Assembly (NCBI GenBank): GCA_963204965.1
Contig: CAUJKA010000218.1
Span: 17,464 to 81,463 of the forward strand
DNA length: 64,000 nucleotides
Origin: Planctomycetota bacterium
GTDB lineage: Bacteria > Planctomycetota > Planctomycetia > Pirellulales > Pirellulaceae
Direction of reading: 5' to 3'
Part shown: positions 34,540 to 46,500 of the stretch, piece by piece
How positions within the stretch are numbered: position 1 is the first letter of the stretch
Layout of the letters: each line of letters begins with the position of its first letter
Translations under genes and position numbers: made by a program
The notes under the pieces: model-generated
Told to the model about the DNA's origin: nothing
The model's input: only the letters and a program-made list of their open reading frames with translations
Databases searched by the model: none

Positions 34540-37500
34540 CTACCACCACTTATCTAGATCTTCTGTTAGTTCGCTGCCATTGCGATCTCGGATATCATCA
34601 AGGACATTCCCTAAATCGCCCAGCGTGTTCGCAAAGAACCAATCTGTTCCTGAATCGCCCCACAACCGGTCAACCGCTGCATCGTCAAACACAGTGTTTT
34701 GTGTCATGCTCGAGTTACTGGTCTTCAAGAAGTAGGTCCCGTTGTTCCTCGGACCAGTTCCCGTTCCCAAAATATTCTGCCGACGTGTTGCATAGTTCCG
34801 GTTGCTGGTCCATTCAGCGAGAATGGCCTCAAGAGCGACTCGCTGTTGTTCCAGTGTCATTGAGGTTGTCGAACCAAATGCGGCAGGAGCCGACGTCGCA
34901 AAACTTGCCTCGTACATCGTAAATCCGGCAATCAATATATCATCGTTAGCATCACCATGGATTCGATCTGCGCCCAATCCACCAATTACGATGTCGCGAC
35001 CATCCCCTCCCCAGAGATTATCATCTCCAGCTTCTCCAAGGATGATATCGCTGCCGGATCCGCCCTTGATGTCGTCATCGCCGGATCCGCCCCAAATTTC
35101 AGCGGTCTCGCAAATATCATCGTCAATGGTCACCTTGTCGTTGCCTGCGTAGGCAAAGACCAAGATTCTATCGACGTTGCCGTGTACTGTACCACGTCTT
35201 TGAATATCCTCGTCGCGATCGACAATACGTACTTTGTAATAGTCGTCGTCGCGTAATTTAAGTTTGATATTGTCACTTCCTTGAGATCCTACCAGAACGA
35301 GAATCGCTTTTCCGGCATTCACCGGATCCGCCATTAGCGTCCATCCACCTACCACAAAGGACTTCGTTGCAAACGTACTCACCGCTCCACGTGGGTCCGT
35401 AACCTGTGCCGTGATCTGGAATTGACCGCGGCTGGAGACATTGGGGTAAGCGTAGGAAACTGACTTGGTACGAGACCCTGTTACCGTCGTGGTTGCGCCG
35501 TTACCCCAATTGATCAGATAGGTGTAGACACCTGACTGATCCACTGCATCTGGATCAGTTGCCGTAAACACGAACGTCGAAGCAAGATTCATGAAACCAT
35601 CGGTAGGTGTACTGATGGAAACAGTCGGTGGGTTGTTCACGATCGATCCTGTGATCGTTAGCGTATTACTCACATAGACTAGCGAGTAATTGGCGTTAGT
35701 TGCAATCGTTCCTGGCAGTATGTTGTAGACGCCCGCAGTCTCACCAGGCTGACGCGTCAAACTTCCTGACACTACAGTCGAGGCTGTATCGCTAAACTTG
35801 AGACCGCTCACTTGATAAGTCAAGGCGGGATCAACCTGCCCCACTAACTTGCTCTTCGAGTCAGCCGAGATGGTTAGCGGTGCTGCCGAGATGGTAAACA
35901 GCGTCCCAACATAGTTTACAGTGTAGTTCGCACCAGCACTTAGAGTGTTCTGAAGAATGTTGTAGTTGCCAACGTTCTCTCCAGTGGTACGAGATAGAGA
36001 TCCAACAAACACGTTGCTTGTATCACCATTGACCAATGGGCTGTAGATGTAAGTCAACGTCGGATCGCTGTCACCGTAGAGCTTGGTTCGAGAATTTGCC
36101 GAAACCGTAAGGCTCTTCGGAGTAATCGCAAGGTCGGCTGCCGCATAGGCGATAGTGTAGTTTGAACCAGCGGCAAGCGTACCTTGATTGATTGCGTAGG
36201 TTCCTACAGTTTCACCGGCAGTTCGCGAGAGAGCTCCTGTGAAGACACTCGAGGTATCGCCGTTGTATAGAGTTCCAAAGGTAAACGTCAGTGCCGGATC
36301 GGCATCACCGTAGATCTTCGACTTTGAATCGGCCGTCACTGTAAGGCTTCGCGGTGTAATCGCTAAGTCGGCGCCCGCATAAGCGATTGTGTAGTTTGAT
36401 CCAGCGGCAAGCGTACCTTGATTGATTGCGTAGGTTCCGACGTTCTCACCAGCAGTTCGCGAGAGAGCCCCTGTGAAGACACTCAAGGTATCGCCGTTGT
36501 ACAGCGCACCGAACGCAAACGTCAGTGCCGGCTCAGTGTCGCCATAGATCTTGGTTTTCGATTCAGCTGTTACCGTGAGTAAGCGAGGCAAGACGTTGAT
36601 CATGCTGGTGTACTGCGTATAACCACCATCTTTATCGATGACTCGAGCGTAAAGCGTGTTTTCACCTACTACCAAACCGTTCAAGATCGCGTTGTTAGCG
36701 GTCGAAGAGCTTGCGTATGTAACTGAGGTCAGATCTCCGGCATTCAACGCAAATGCGTAACGAATACCGGCAACTGTGTCGGATGATGATACATCGAAAG
36801 CACCGTTCAAACTTGCCGTTGCGCTATCACCATAAACGATGGTTGAACCAAGAAGAGTTGCGGTTGGAGCGATATTCTGAGCGGTAATATCTAGGGTTTG
36901 GGTAAGCGTCTGACCAATGTCATCAACGATAGTCACTATAACGGTGTAGCTTCCGTTGTCGTCATACCGATGATTTAGCTCGAAGACGCCCGAGGCGTTG
37001 ACGACAAGCGGCTGAGCGCCCGTTCCATCACCATAATCGACCGTGCTAAGGCTCCAGTTCGAGGCTGCAGGATCAAAGACGGTAACGGATCGAGCAAACG
37101 TTGCCCCTTCGTCGATCGTAACTGTTGAACCAAGTGAATAGCTAAGGACATAGTCTTCGCCAACGCCACCAGCGATCGTGTCAGTACCACCGAAACCTTT
37201 AAGATCATCAATTCCATCTGACGAACTAGCCTTGCGGAACTTGAACATCAACAATTGGTACTTGCCAGTATCCGTATCGTTGACGCTGTCACCAAATCTT
37301 GCCACTCGTTCAGCATCAGAAAAGATGTTATTGGGATTAAGCGGATTCAGCGGGCTGATCGGGTTCTGAGGATCGCCCAAAACATCACCGAATCGATTGA
37401 ACGTATCGACTTCAATGTAATACAATCCATTTGAAGGCAAACGCAGGTCAACAATACTTGAATCGGTTGGCTCAAAGGTATCATCATTTTCAGCTAAGCC

Positions 37501-40500
37501 GTTGTAATACGGTACCAATTGCGGAACGCCTTCAACGACATACCAAACTCGAACGATCGAATCTACGAAGTCGTCGCTTGTCAGCTCACCGCCAACGCCT
37601 GTGCCGAAGCGGCTGACCGAGTTCGAGAATAGATCAATATTGATCAGCTCACCCGCACTGCCGTTAAATGCATACCAATCACTTTGGCTCCGGCCTGTCG
37701 AGCTATCTATTTCAATTTGGCCGTTGATTGAGGCAATTTGTACAAAGAAGTCTTTGGACTGATTAACGCCTCGACTCAGTGTGTTGGGGACCGCTAGCGA
37801 GACGGGGGAAATCAGATCTGCTGTTTCCAGTGCACCGTGAGAGCTGCTCGTTTCCACACGCGTGGTCACGTTTGGATCACTTCCGGCAAAAGCAAGTTTG
37901 ATCGCTTCGCGTTCGCCAAAGAAAAGATCGTTGAGGTCATTGAACCGATTGGATCCTATCGATGCCGGCGAGCCAATAATGTGGTCGAAAGTCTCGAAGC
38001 CACCGGCTGGGCCTGTGTAGACCGGCGCGTATCCTGACGGTCCAGGTGGATCATGAAGCCCAGATCCAATTGGACCAAAGGCATCCTGGTGCCTTAGCCC
38101 CAGCAGGTGCCCCAGTTCGTGCGCGGCAATCTTGGATGAAAGCAATACAAAATTCTCTCGGGTCGCATCAGGCTTCGAGTCACCTGCTGCGATATCCAGC
38201 AAGAGTCCTTTGCAAATCGCGCAGTTGCATCCTGAGCCGTGTTTGACGCCCTCACTGTCATCTTCGGGTTGCACAGCCGCAAGCGTATCAGCGATGGAAA
38301 CCACACCACCCAGCAATCCATTAACCTGAGTAAATGCGTAACCGTTTAGGTTCACATTGCCTGGATCGATTTCACTTGCAAGTCCCCCTGGCCGCCCTGA
38401 TGTAGGTGTACGGTTGAAGAAGATCGTAGTGAACTGACCGTTGGTTGAATACTCTTGTGGAATTTCAGCCAAGCTAGTTACAACACGCACGTCGAACCAC
38501 GGCGCACCAACATTCGGACCTCGATAAACCGCTTCAACGCGTTGCCGAATGGCTTCACGATCCAAGCTTGAGTAGACGTACTCCCCATTGTCAATCGTTC
38601 CCGTTTCAAGATCCGCCGCGTTCGTATTCGTGTAGGTATCGAAATCTAGCAGTACCCACTGTGTAACACCACGAGGCGCAGCAACAGGGCCAGAAAATGG
38701 CTGATCGAAATCTGCTCCACCAATGTAATTGCTACGAGGATTTCCGTAGATTGTATCCGCGAATGTCGTTCCAATTACATTCTCGATACTCATGTCGTCG
38801 GCAAGAGCTAATCGCAATTGCCCCGTGCCCTGGGACTGCCAAAGGGTCACTTTGCGCAAGTCCAGATTTGCTGCACCACCTGTAAAGCTACTGAAGTCAA
38901 AGGTATCGGCGGAGAGATCGCCAGAACCAGTGTACGCTTCGCTGATCGTTACATCAGCTATCGGATTGGATACAAAGGTGTAGCGATCATTGCCTTCTTG
39001 GCCATTGATGTCCATCGTGCCGGAGCCGATGATCATAACTTGGTCGTTCCCTTGCCCACCGCGGAACAGAATGGAATTGGCAACTCCTCGCATCGCAAAA
39101 AAGTCGTCCCCAGTATCACCATAGAATTCCACGGTTGAAGTGGATGTCCCTACTGCGTTATACGTGAAGGAATCTGCGTCTGCGCCGCCCACGAAGTTAA
39201 CTGATCCAATATTTGTTCCGCTAACGCGAAGGGTATCGCTATCGGCACCACCAACAAATGTCAATTGAACTAAATCATTACCATTGTTAATCAGCGTGTC
39301 AGCGCCTTCATCGCCTCCAAAGTTAATCGATGCGATATCATTTCCATTGTTAATCAGCAGGTCACTATCTGCTCCGCCAACGAATACGAGTGAGCTAACT
39401 GTCGCGTTGTTCTGAAGTAGATCGTCATCCGCTCCGCCAGAAAAATTCAACGTAACCATTTCAGCGTTATTGACTAAGGTATCGGTCCCTTCGTCGCCTA
39501 GGAAACTGAGCGTTGTTACTTGAGCCGAGTTCTGCAACGTATCGTTATCAGCTCCGCCGGTGAAAAGAATTGAATCAACGACGCCTCCATTGACTAGCAG
39601 ATCGGCACCGCCGTCTCCTTGAAAGTCTATCGAGCCAATCAGCGTGCCGCGATTGACCAGAGTGTCATCATCAGCGCCTCCAGTGAATTCAACGGTACCT
39701 AGCGATCCCGAGTTAACTAGAAAATCATCGTCAGCGCCACCGGCGAACACCAAAGCGGTGACTTGTCCGTTGTTTTGAAGTGCATCGGAACCACTATCGC
39801 CCGTGAAGTCGATGGCACCGATCTGAACAGCGTCGTTAACTAAAACATCTGCTCCATCATCACCCGTATAAACTATTGATCCAATTCCAACACCAGTCTT
39901 GCGATTCCACAAGCGATCGTTGCCGCCAGATTGACCAACTTGAAGGCCTTGGTCTCCGCCGAATTGAATTGTCGCAATAAACGCACCATCGTTAATCAAT
40001 AGATCATCATCGGCGCCTCCCGAAAAGTTCAACGATCCAAGTGAGTTTCCTGAGTTGACAATAAGGTCGTCATCAGCTCCACCACTAAAGTCGATCGCGC
40101 CAATTTGATGGCCACTGTTAACTAGCAGGTCCTCATCGGCTCCTCCCGAGAAATTCAGCGTTACAATCGAATCGCCATCGTTAACCAAAACGTCGTCGTC
40201 AGCTCCACCTGTGAAGACGAGCGAACTAATCGTGTCGCCGTGGTTGACCAGAACATCTTCACCACTATCACCAACAAAACTCAACGAGTTTAGGGTGCTG
40301 GCGTTGTTTAGCATTGCATCGCCATCGGCTCCACCCAGGAACGTGATGGTTGCAAATCCGCCCGCATTATTCTCAAAAGCATCAGAATCGTAGCCACCTT
40401 CGAAGAGCACTGACGATGTCGGGCTCGCGTTGCCCGATCCGCGAACAATCATTGTGTCCCGACTCGACTGGCCCACGACCAAACTTCCGCTATCGCCGTT

Positions 40501-43500
40501 GAAGACGATCGATCCCATTCCCTTTCCATTGCTGACCAATACATCGTCATCAGCACCGCCCGCAAACGTCAATGTGGATATGCTTCCACCGTTGTTGATC
40601 AGAACATCGTCTCCGCTATCTCCCTGAAAATTGATTAGACCAATCAGGCTGCCATGATTCGAAAGGACGTCATCATCGGCCCCCCCAATAAATGTCAGCG
40701 AAGTCATCGTCGAGTTGTTAAGCAGGATGTCATCATCGGCGCCTCCGGTGAATGAGATGCTGCCCACGGCGCCGCGATTTATCAGCGAGTCCGCGCCCTC
40801 ATCACCTTGGAAATTCAACGCTCCAATAACTGAACCGGAATTCTCCAAGCGATCGCTGTCAGCACCGCCGGTAAACTGTACTGATCCAGCCGAACCAAGA
40901 TTGACGAGTGTGTCAGCGCCTTGGTCACCCACAAAGTGAATCAATGAAACGCTGCTAGGGCCAACCAAGATGTCGTCATCTCCACCAAAGATCAGTCCGC
41001 CAGTGATCGTCCCACGGTTGACCAACAGGTCATCGTCCGCGCCTCCACCGAAGGTTAGCGATGCAATGGTGCCCGAGTTCTGGAGATTGTCGGCTCCATC
41101 GTCACCTCCAAAGCTGAGTGAACTAAAGATTTGCCCCACGTTGGCGAGTGTGTCATCATCGGCGCCTCCATTAAAGAGTACGCCCGATAGTGAGCCAGTG
41201 TTAACTATCGCGTCCGCTCCATCATCGCCTCCAAAGTTCAGCTGACCGGTAATTGAGCCACTGTTTCGAATCAAGTCGTCATCAGCACCGCCAAAGAAGT
41301 TTACGGTACCGATTGAAGCAATATTTACAAGCGAATCTGAACCACTATCACCACTAAAAGAAAGTGTGGCAACGCCTGAACCTGAAACAAGCAAATCGTC
41401 ATCGCCGCCGAAGGTCAACGTCCCAAGAATTACGCCCTGATTGACGATAATGTCGTCATCAGCGCCGCCTCCGAAGGTTAAGTTGGAGATCGTGCCAGAG
41501 TTCTGAACAAGGTCGGCCCCATCGTCTCCTCCGAAGTTCAACGTTGTGACCGTTGCTGTGCCGCTTACCAAGATATCATCGTCGCCAGCAAAACTAAGCG
41601 AAGTAACAAGAGTTCCGGCGTTGACGAATCGATCGTCGTCAGCACCGCCCGCGAAATTGATAGTTCCGGCGGTCCCCAAATTCACTAAGAGATCGGCACC
41701 ATCATCACCGCCAAAGTTCAACGTGGCTATCGTCCCAAGCCCCGTTAGTACATCGTCGTCACCACCGAAGTGAATCGTCGTCGAAACAGGCCCATTGTTA
41801 ATCAAGATATCGTCGTCAGCACCACCCACAAATGTAAGCGCGGCGATTGAACCGGTATTAAACAGACCGTCAATTCCATCGTCGCCACCAAAGTTGAGTG
41901 ATGCCGTAATGGTCCCGCTATTAGCGAGCAGATCGTCATCTGCGCCGCCACCAAAGGTTAGGTCAGCGATGGTTCCAAGGTTGCGGAGTTCGTCTAACCC
42001 GCTGTCGCCCTGAAAACTCAGCGATCCAATTGCCCCCAGCCCAACAAGCTGATCGTTATCTCCCCCAAAATTCAAACTGGTTGCTGCAGTCCCGTGATTG
42101 ACGAAGAGATCATCATCAGCTCCACCACTGAATGTTAGAGTCGTGATTGTACTGAGGTTGACGAAGACATCCGCTCCATCATCGCCGCCAAAGTTCATGA
42201 CTCCGATCGTTCCCAACCCAGACAAGAGAATATCGTCATCGCCGATGAATGAGAGTGCGGTTGGTGTTGCTCCATTGTTGATAAACACATCGTCGTCTGC
42301 TCCACCTTGGAAAGTCAGTAAAGCGATCGACCCTGCATTAAGGAACGCGTCAACGCCTTCATCGCCTCCGAAATTCAAGCTTCCCGTCACGGAGCCACGG
42401 TTTTGCAATAGGTCTTCGTCCGCTCCGCCATTAAACTCAAGCGAAGCGATTGTTCCCTCGTTAAACAACTGATCGACGCCATCGTCGCCTCCAAAGTTCA
42501 GAAGGGCTAAGACAACGCCTTCGTTGGTCAAAACATCATCGTCGGCGCCACCTCTGAATGTTAAGCCTGTGATACTCCCCAGGTTGATCAACGAGTCCGT
42601 GCCTTCATCGCCGCCAAAATTTAGATTGGCGATGTCAACTCCAGTCGTTGTCAGCGTGTCGTCATCTGCTCCACCGGAGATAACTGCGCCCGTCGTTCCA
42701 GACTTGACATTCAAGATGTCGCTGCCTGCACCGCTAGATACGGTGGAGTTTGATGCCGCGGTTAATCGATCGCCAAAATTGCTTCCTACAAGACTGTTGA
42801 ACGATCCTAGTGTGCTTACAAAGTGCAATGAAGGCTGAGTGAAAGAAACGTCCTGTTGCGTTAGCGAAGTTGAGTTGGCGATTTGAAGGTCAAAAGTGAT
42901 ACCGCTATTGTCACCATAGTCAGCTAGACCAAAATCTAGAGTGTTATCGCCACTGCGGTCGATGACTGTTAGTTCACTGTTAGGCTTGAGCTTGTAGGTG
43001 TCACTTCCCAACTCAACTGGTGTTGGTCCGCTAACAATAGGCACGTTAGCTTTGTCATTGCCGCGCCAGAGATAGTAGATGTCATTGCCAGCTCCGCCAA
43101 ACAAATTATCTGTCCCGTCGCCCCCATCTAGGATTAATTGGTTCCCTGCGGCGGCAACTTGTGTGCCATCGATAACGTCATTACCACCAAGGCCCATGAC
43201 TAGAAGTTTGGAGACGCCTGCGGAAGTGAAGGTTACGTCGTTGATAGCGATGTTATCACTTGCAGCCGTTCCAACCAGCAAAGCTGTTTCGTATACAAAC
43301 GAACCGCCATCGTCGTCGGTGGCTTCCACACGAACTCGCCAAACACTATTGGGATAACTGGTTCGATCGACAGAGAAACTTAAACCGCTGCCAGTTTGAA
43401 CAGGCGCTCCTATGACCCCAGCGGGGTAAGCCTGCCAGGAAATTGCCACGGGATCGAAATCGCCTAGATCGCTGGATTGGGCCACCAACTGAATAAGGTT

Positions 43501-46500
43501 CGGATCATTGTTGTTCGTACTAGGCTGAACCAATAGACTTGGAGCGACATTGTCAACACGCTGAAGTTGAGCCGTCGACGTGGATGCACCGTCATCGTCC
43601 GTAACGGTAACGACGATCTCGGCCAGATAGTGTCCTGTTGGGTGAGGACCAGGACCGTTGTAGACCAAGCCGATCGCCCCATTGTCGCGATATCGGTGCG
43701 ACGCCGTAAATGTTCTAGTCGTTGGATCAACAGTTGCCAATGAGGTGGTGTTGTCGCCCCAGCTGACCGTGACTTGATGAGTGTCCAACGGAGATTCATC
43801 GGTATAGCTTCCGGTAATCGTCAATTCGTCGCCTTCGCTTACCGGTGCACCTATTCCAGCGATAGTTACGTTACCTACCAGCGGCAGAGTGTTGAGTACT
43901 TGAATAGGTAGCGTTGCGGTGGCTGAGAGAGGAGTGTCTTTGTCGGAAACACTCACGGTAATATTGTGAAATCCTGAAGCAGAATTATCTGCATAGAAGT
44001 GCTTAATGCCGGTGAATGCCCCTTGTCCCGCAGGTAGTTTTAAATTGGTTGTGGATGATCCATCGCCCCAATTGATCGATACACTGTGCGAATCCAAGAG
44101 CCCTGGATCAACAAAACTACCACTCAATAGAATCAAGCCGTTTTCTTGGATCGTGAGACTGTTGGCACTCAACGTCAGCCCCATCGGCACAACATTGCTT
44201 ACCGACAATAGACTCTCCATCAAGACCGGAGAGTTCGGTTGATCGTCGTCAGCTACTGAGACAGTGATCGTATACTGATCAGCGCCCACGGTTTGATCAT
44301 TAGCATAAACGTGCTGCAGCGCAGGAAGTCCACTAAAGCTACGAAGAGCGTTGCTGGAAGCAGGTAGATCGATCAACGTCTGAGTGCCGTCACCCCAGTC
44401 AACGACTAGCTTATGCGAGTCATCCCGTCCTGGATCCAAGAAACTGCCGCTGAGCGAGACAACTTGTCCTTCAGAAATACTCGAACTGCTTAAGTTGACT
44501 TGTAGATTTGAAGGCAACACATTGCGGATTTCCTCAAGGAACAAGCCGGTTGGTGTGACATCGATTCCCGCTCCATCCGACACGGTCACCACAACTCGGT
44601 AAACATCGCTCTCGGTAGCAGAACCCGATGGATTGAAGTCATCACGATAGACATGCGTCGCGCGTATTTCAAACTTGTTATTGCCAAGGCTCGTAATCTG
44701 GCCTTCTGAGCTGAATGCCTGAGTCAATGTGCTTGTTGAGCCGTCGCCCCAATCGATAGTTGCCGAGTACGATCCGCTAGTGTCTTCGAACTGACCTTTC
44801 AACTGAATTAATTGACCTTCCAGAGCTGGGCTCGTAATTTCGAAGAGATCAAAGCTCGCTGTGGGCGCTTCATTTTGTACTGAGACGTTTATTGTTCGCG
44901 ATGTTGAGACCGAGGTTTCATCGGTGATGCGAACCGTGATCGAATAAGTGCCATTTGTGGCATAGGAATGTCGCAACTGGAAGGATCGGTCGCTCTCCAA
45001 TTCCAGTGGTCGTGCTCCGCTACCGTCGCCGTAGTCTACGGTGGCAGTCCAAGAGGCCGAGTCTGGATCGTAGAAGCTTCCACCAATCTCGATCGACTCT
45101 TGTGCAGTTGTAGTTATTGTTGTCGCATCAAGAGAGATTTGTGGCGCCAATGAGCTTCCGACGTCTCCCACAAAGAAGATTGGGCTGAATTCGGAAGTCG
45201 AGCCAAGTGTGAGTGCAGTTAAAGCACTTCCGTAGGAGACTCCGCTTGATAGAGGTATCTGAAAGCGGAATGCATTGGACGCGACACTTCCAATCGAGAC
45301 GATGCGACCATTGACGGTTGGTCCGTAACTACCGGTTGAAATGTCTAAGTCGTCAACGGATCCTTCCGTAAGAGTAGCCAGTAATGACAATCCCTGGCCG
45401 ATGGCGTTAAGTGACGCACCAGATGTAAACAACTGAACTGTTCGGCCTGCACCGACAAACCCTTCAACAATCAAGTCGCTACCGACAATCGTGGTAGACG
45501 TAACCACCGGATAATTTAAAACGTCGTCGGTTTCGTCTTCATTCAAGGTAATTCCGGAGTTGCCCGCGTCGATGGCAAGGTTGTTGTTGAGCGCGAAGAA
45601 ATTGTTCAAGATAGTGCCGACTTGGGAGGTATTGCCTTCCAAACGAAGCCCCGTGTTAGAACTGTTGTAGATATAGTTCTTCGATGCCGCAGTTGTACCG
45701 CCAATTGTGTGGCCTGAACCTGCCGCGGCGATAATGCCGTAACTATTGGAGAGGGTAAGCTCGCGATTGCGATCGGTGCCAATGTAGTTCCCGGCGATGA
45801 GCGTGTTATCGCCACTGAACCAAATGCCGGCTCGTCCGCTACCTGCAATAACATTACCTTCGTTTTCGTCGTTCACTCCATCGCTGTTGGTTCCGACTCG
45901 CGTACTACCATAGGAGTTCAACTGCATCCCGTCGTTGGAGTTGCCTATGACTTTCTTACCATCCTTGTCTGTACCGATCTTATTGCCAGCGATGACCGTG
46001 CCTGTGATTGTACCGCCGCCAAACCCACCAAACATGATTCCATTGACGTTACCTGAGATGACGTTGCCTTCTGTGGCATCGTTAACACCGTTACTGTCTG
46101 TACCAATAACAACGCCGTTTTGCCAGTCGACCAACACACCCCAGTTGTTGCCGACTTTGAAGGAACCGGTCGGATCAGTGCCGATCAAGTTGCCTTGAAC
46201 CTTGTTGTTAGAGCCACCAACGTGCTGGATATGTACACCAAGTCCATTACCGACAGTACCTACATTGATGACGTTTCCTGCTCCAGGTTCACCGCCACCA
46301 ATCGTGATATCCGTTGCCGCCACATGCCCAAACATGGTGACACCCGTAGGATTGCCACTGGCAAGAACTCTGGTTCCAGTCACATCTGTTCCGATGTAGT
46401 TTCCGGATATACGAGTATTGAAAGAGGAGTTTAGTGAAACGCCCGACAATGGTGCGACGATGATGTTTCGCTCGGCTGCAGTGAAGCCTCCGATCAGCGA

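Noticed and set aside
39000-42690. A regular 60-nt periodic repeat array that could superficially suggest a CRISPR array or a satellite
   Set aside because: There is no repeat/unique-spacer alternation. The periodicity is in frame and encodes the acidic 20-aa protein repeat. No cas genes are present in the window.
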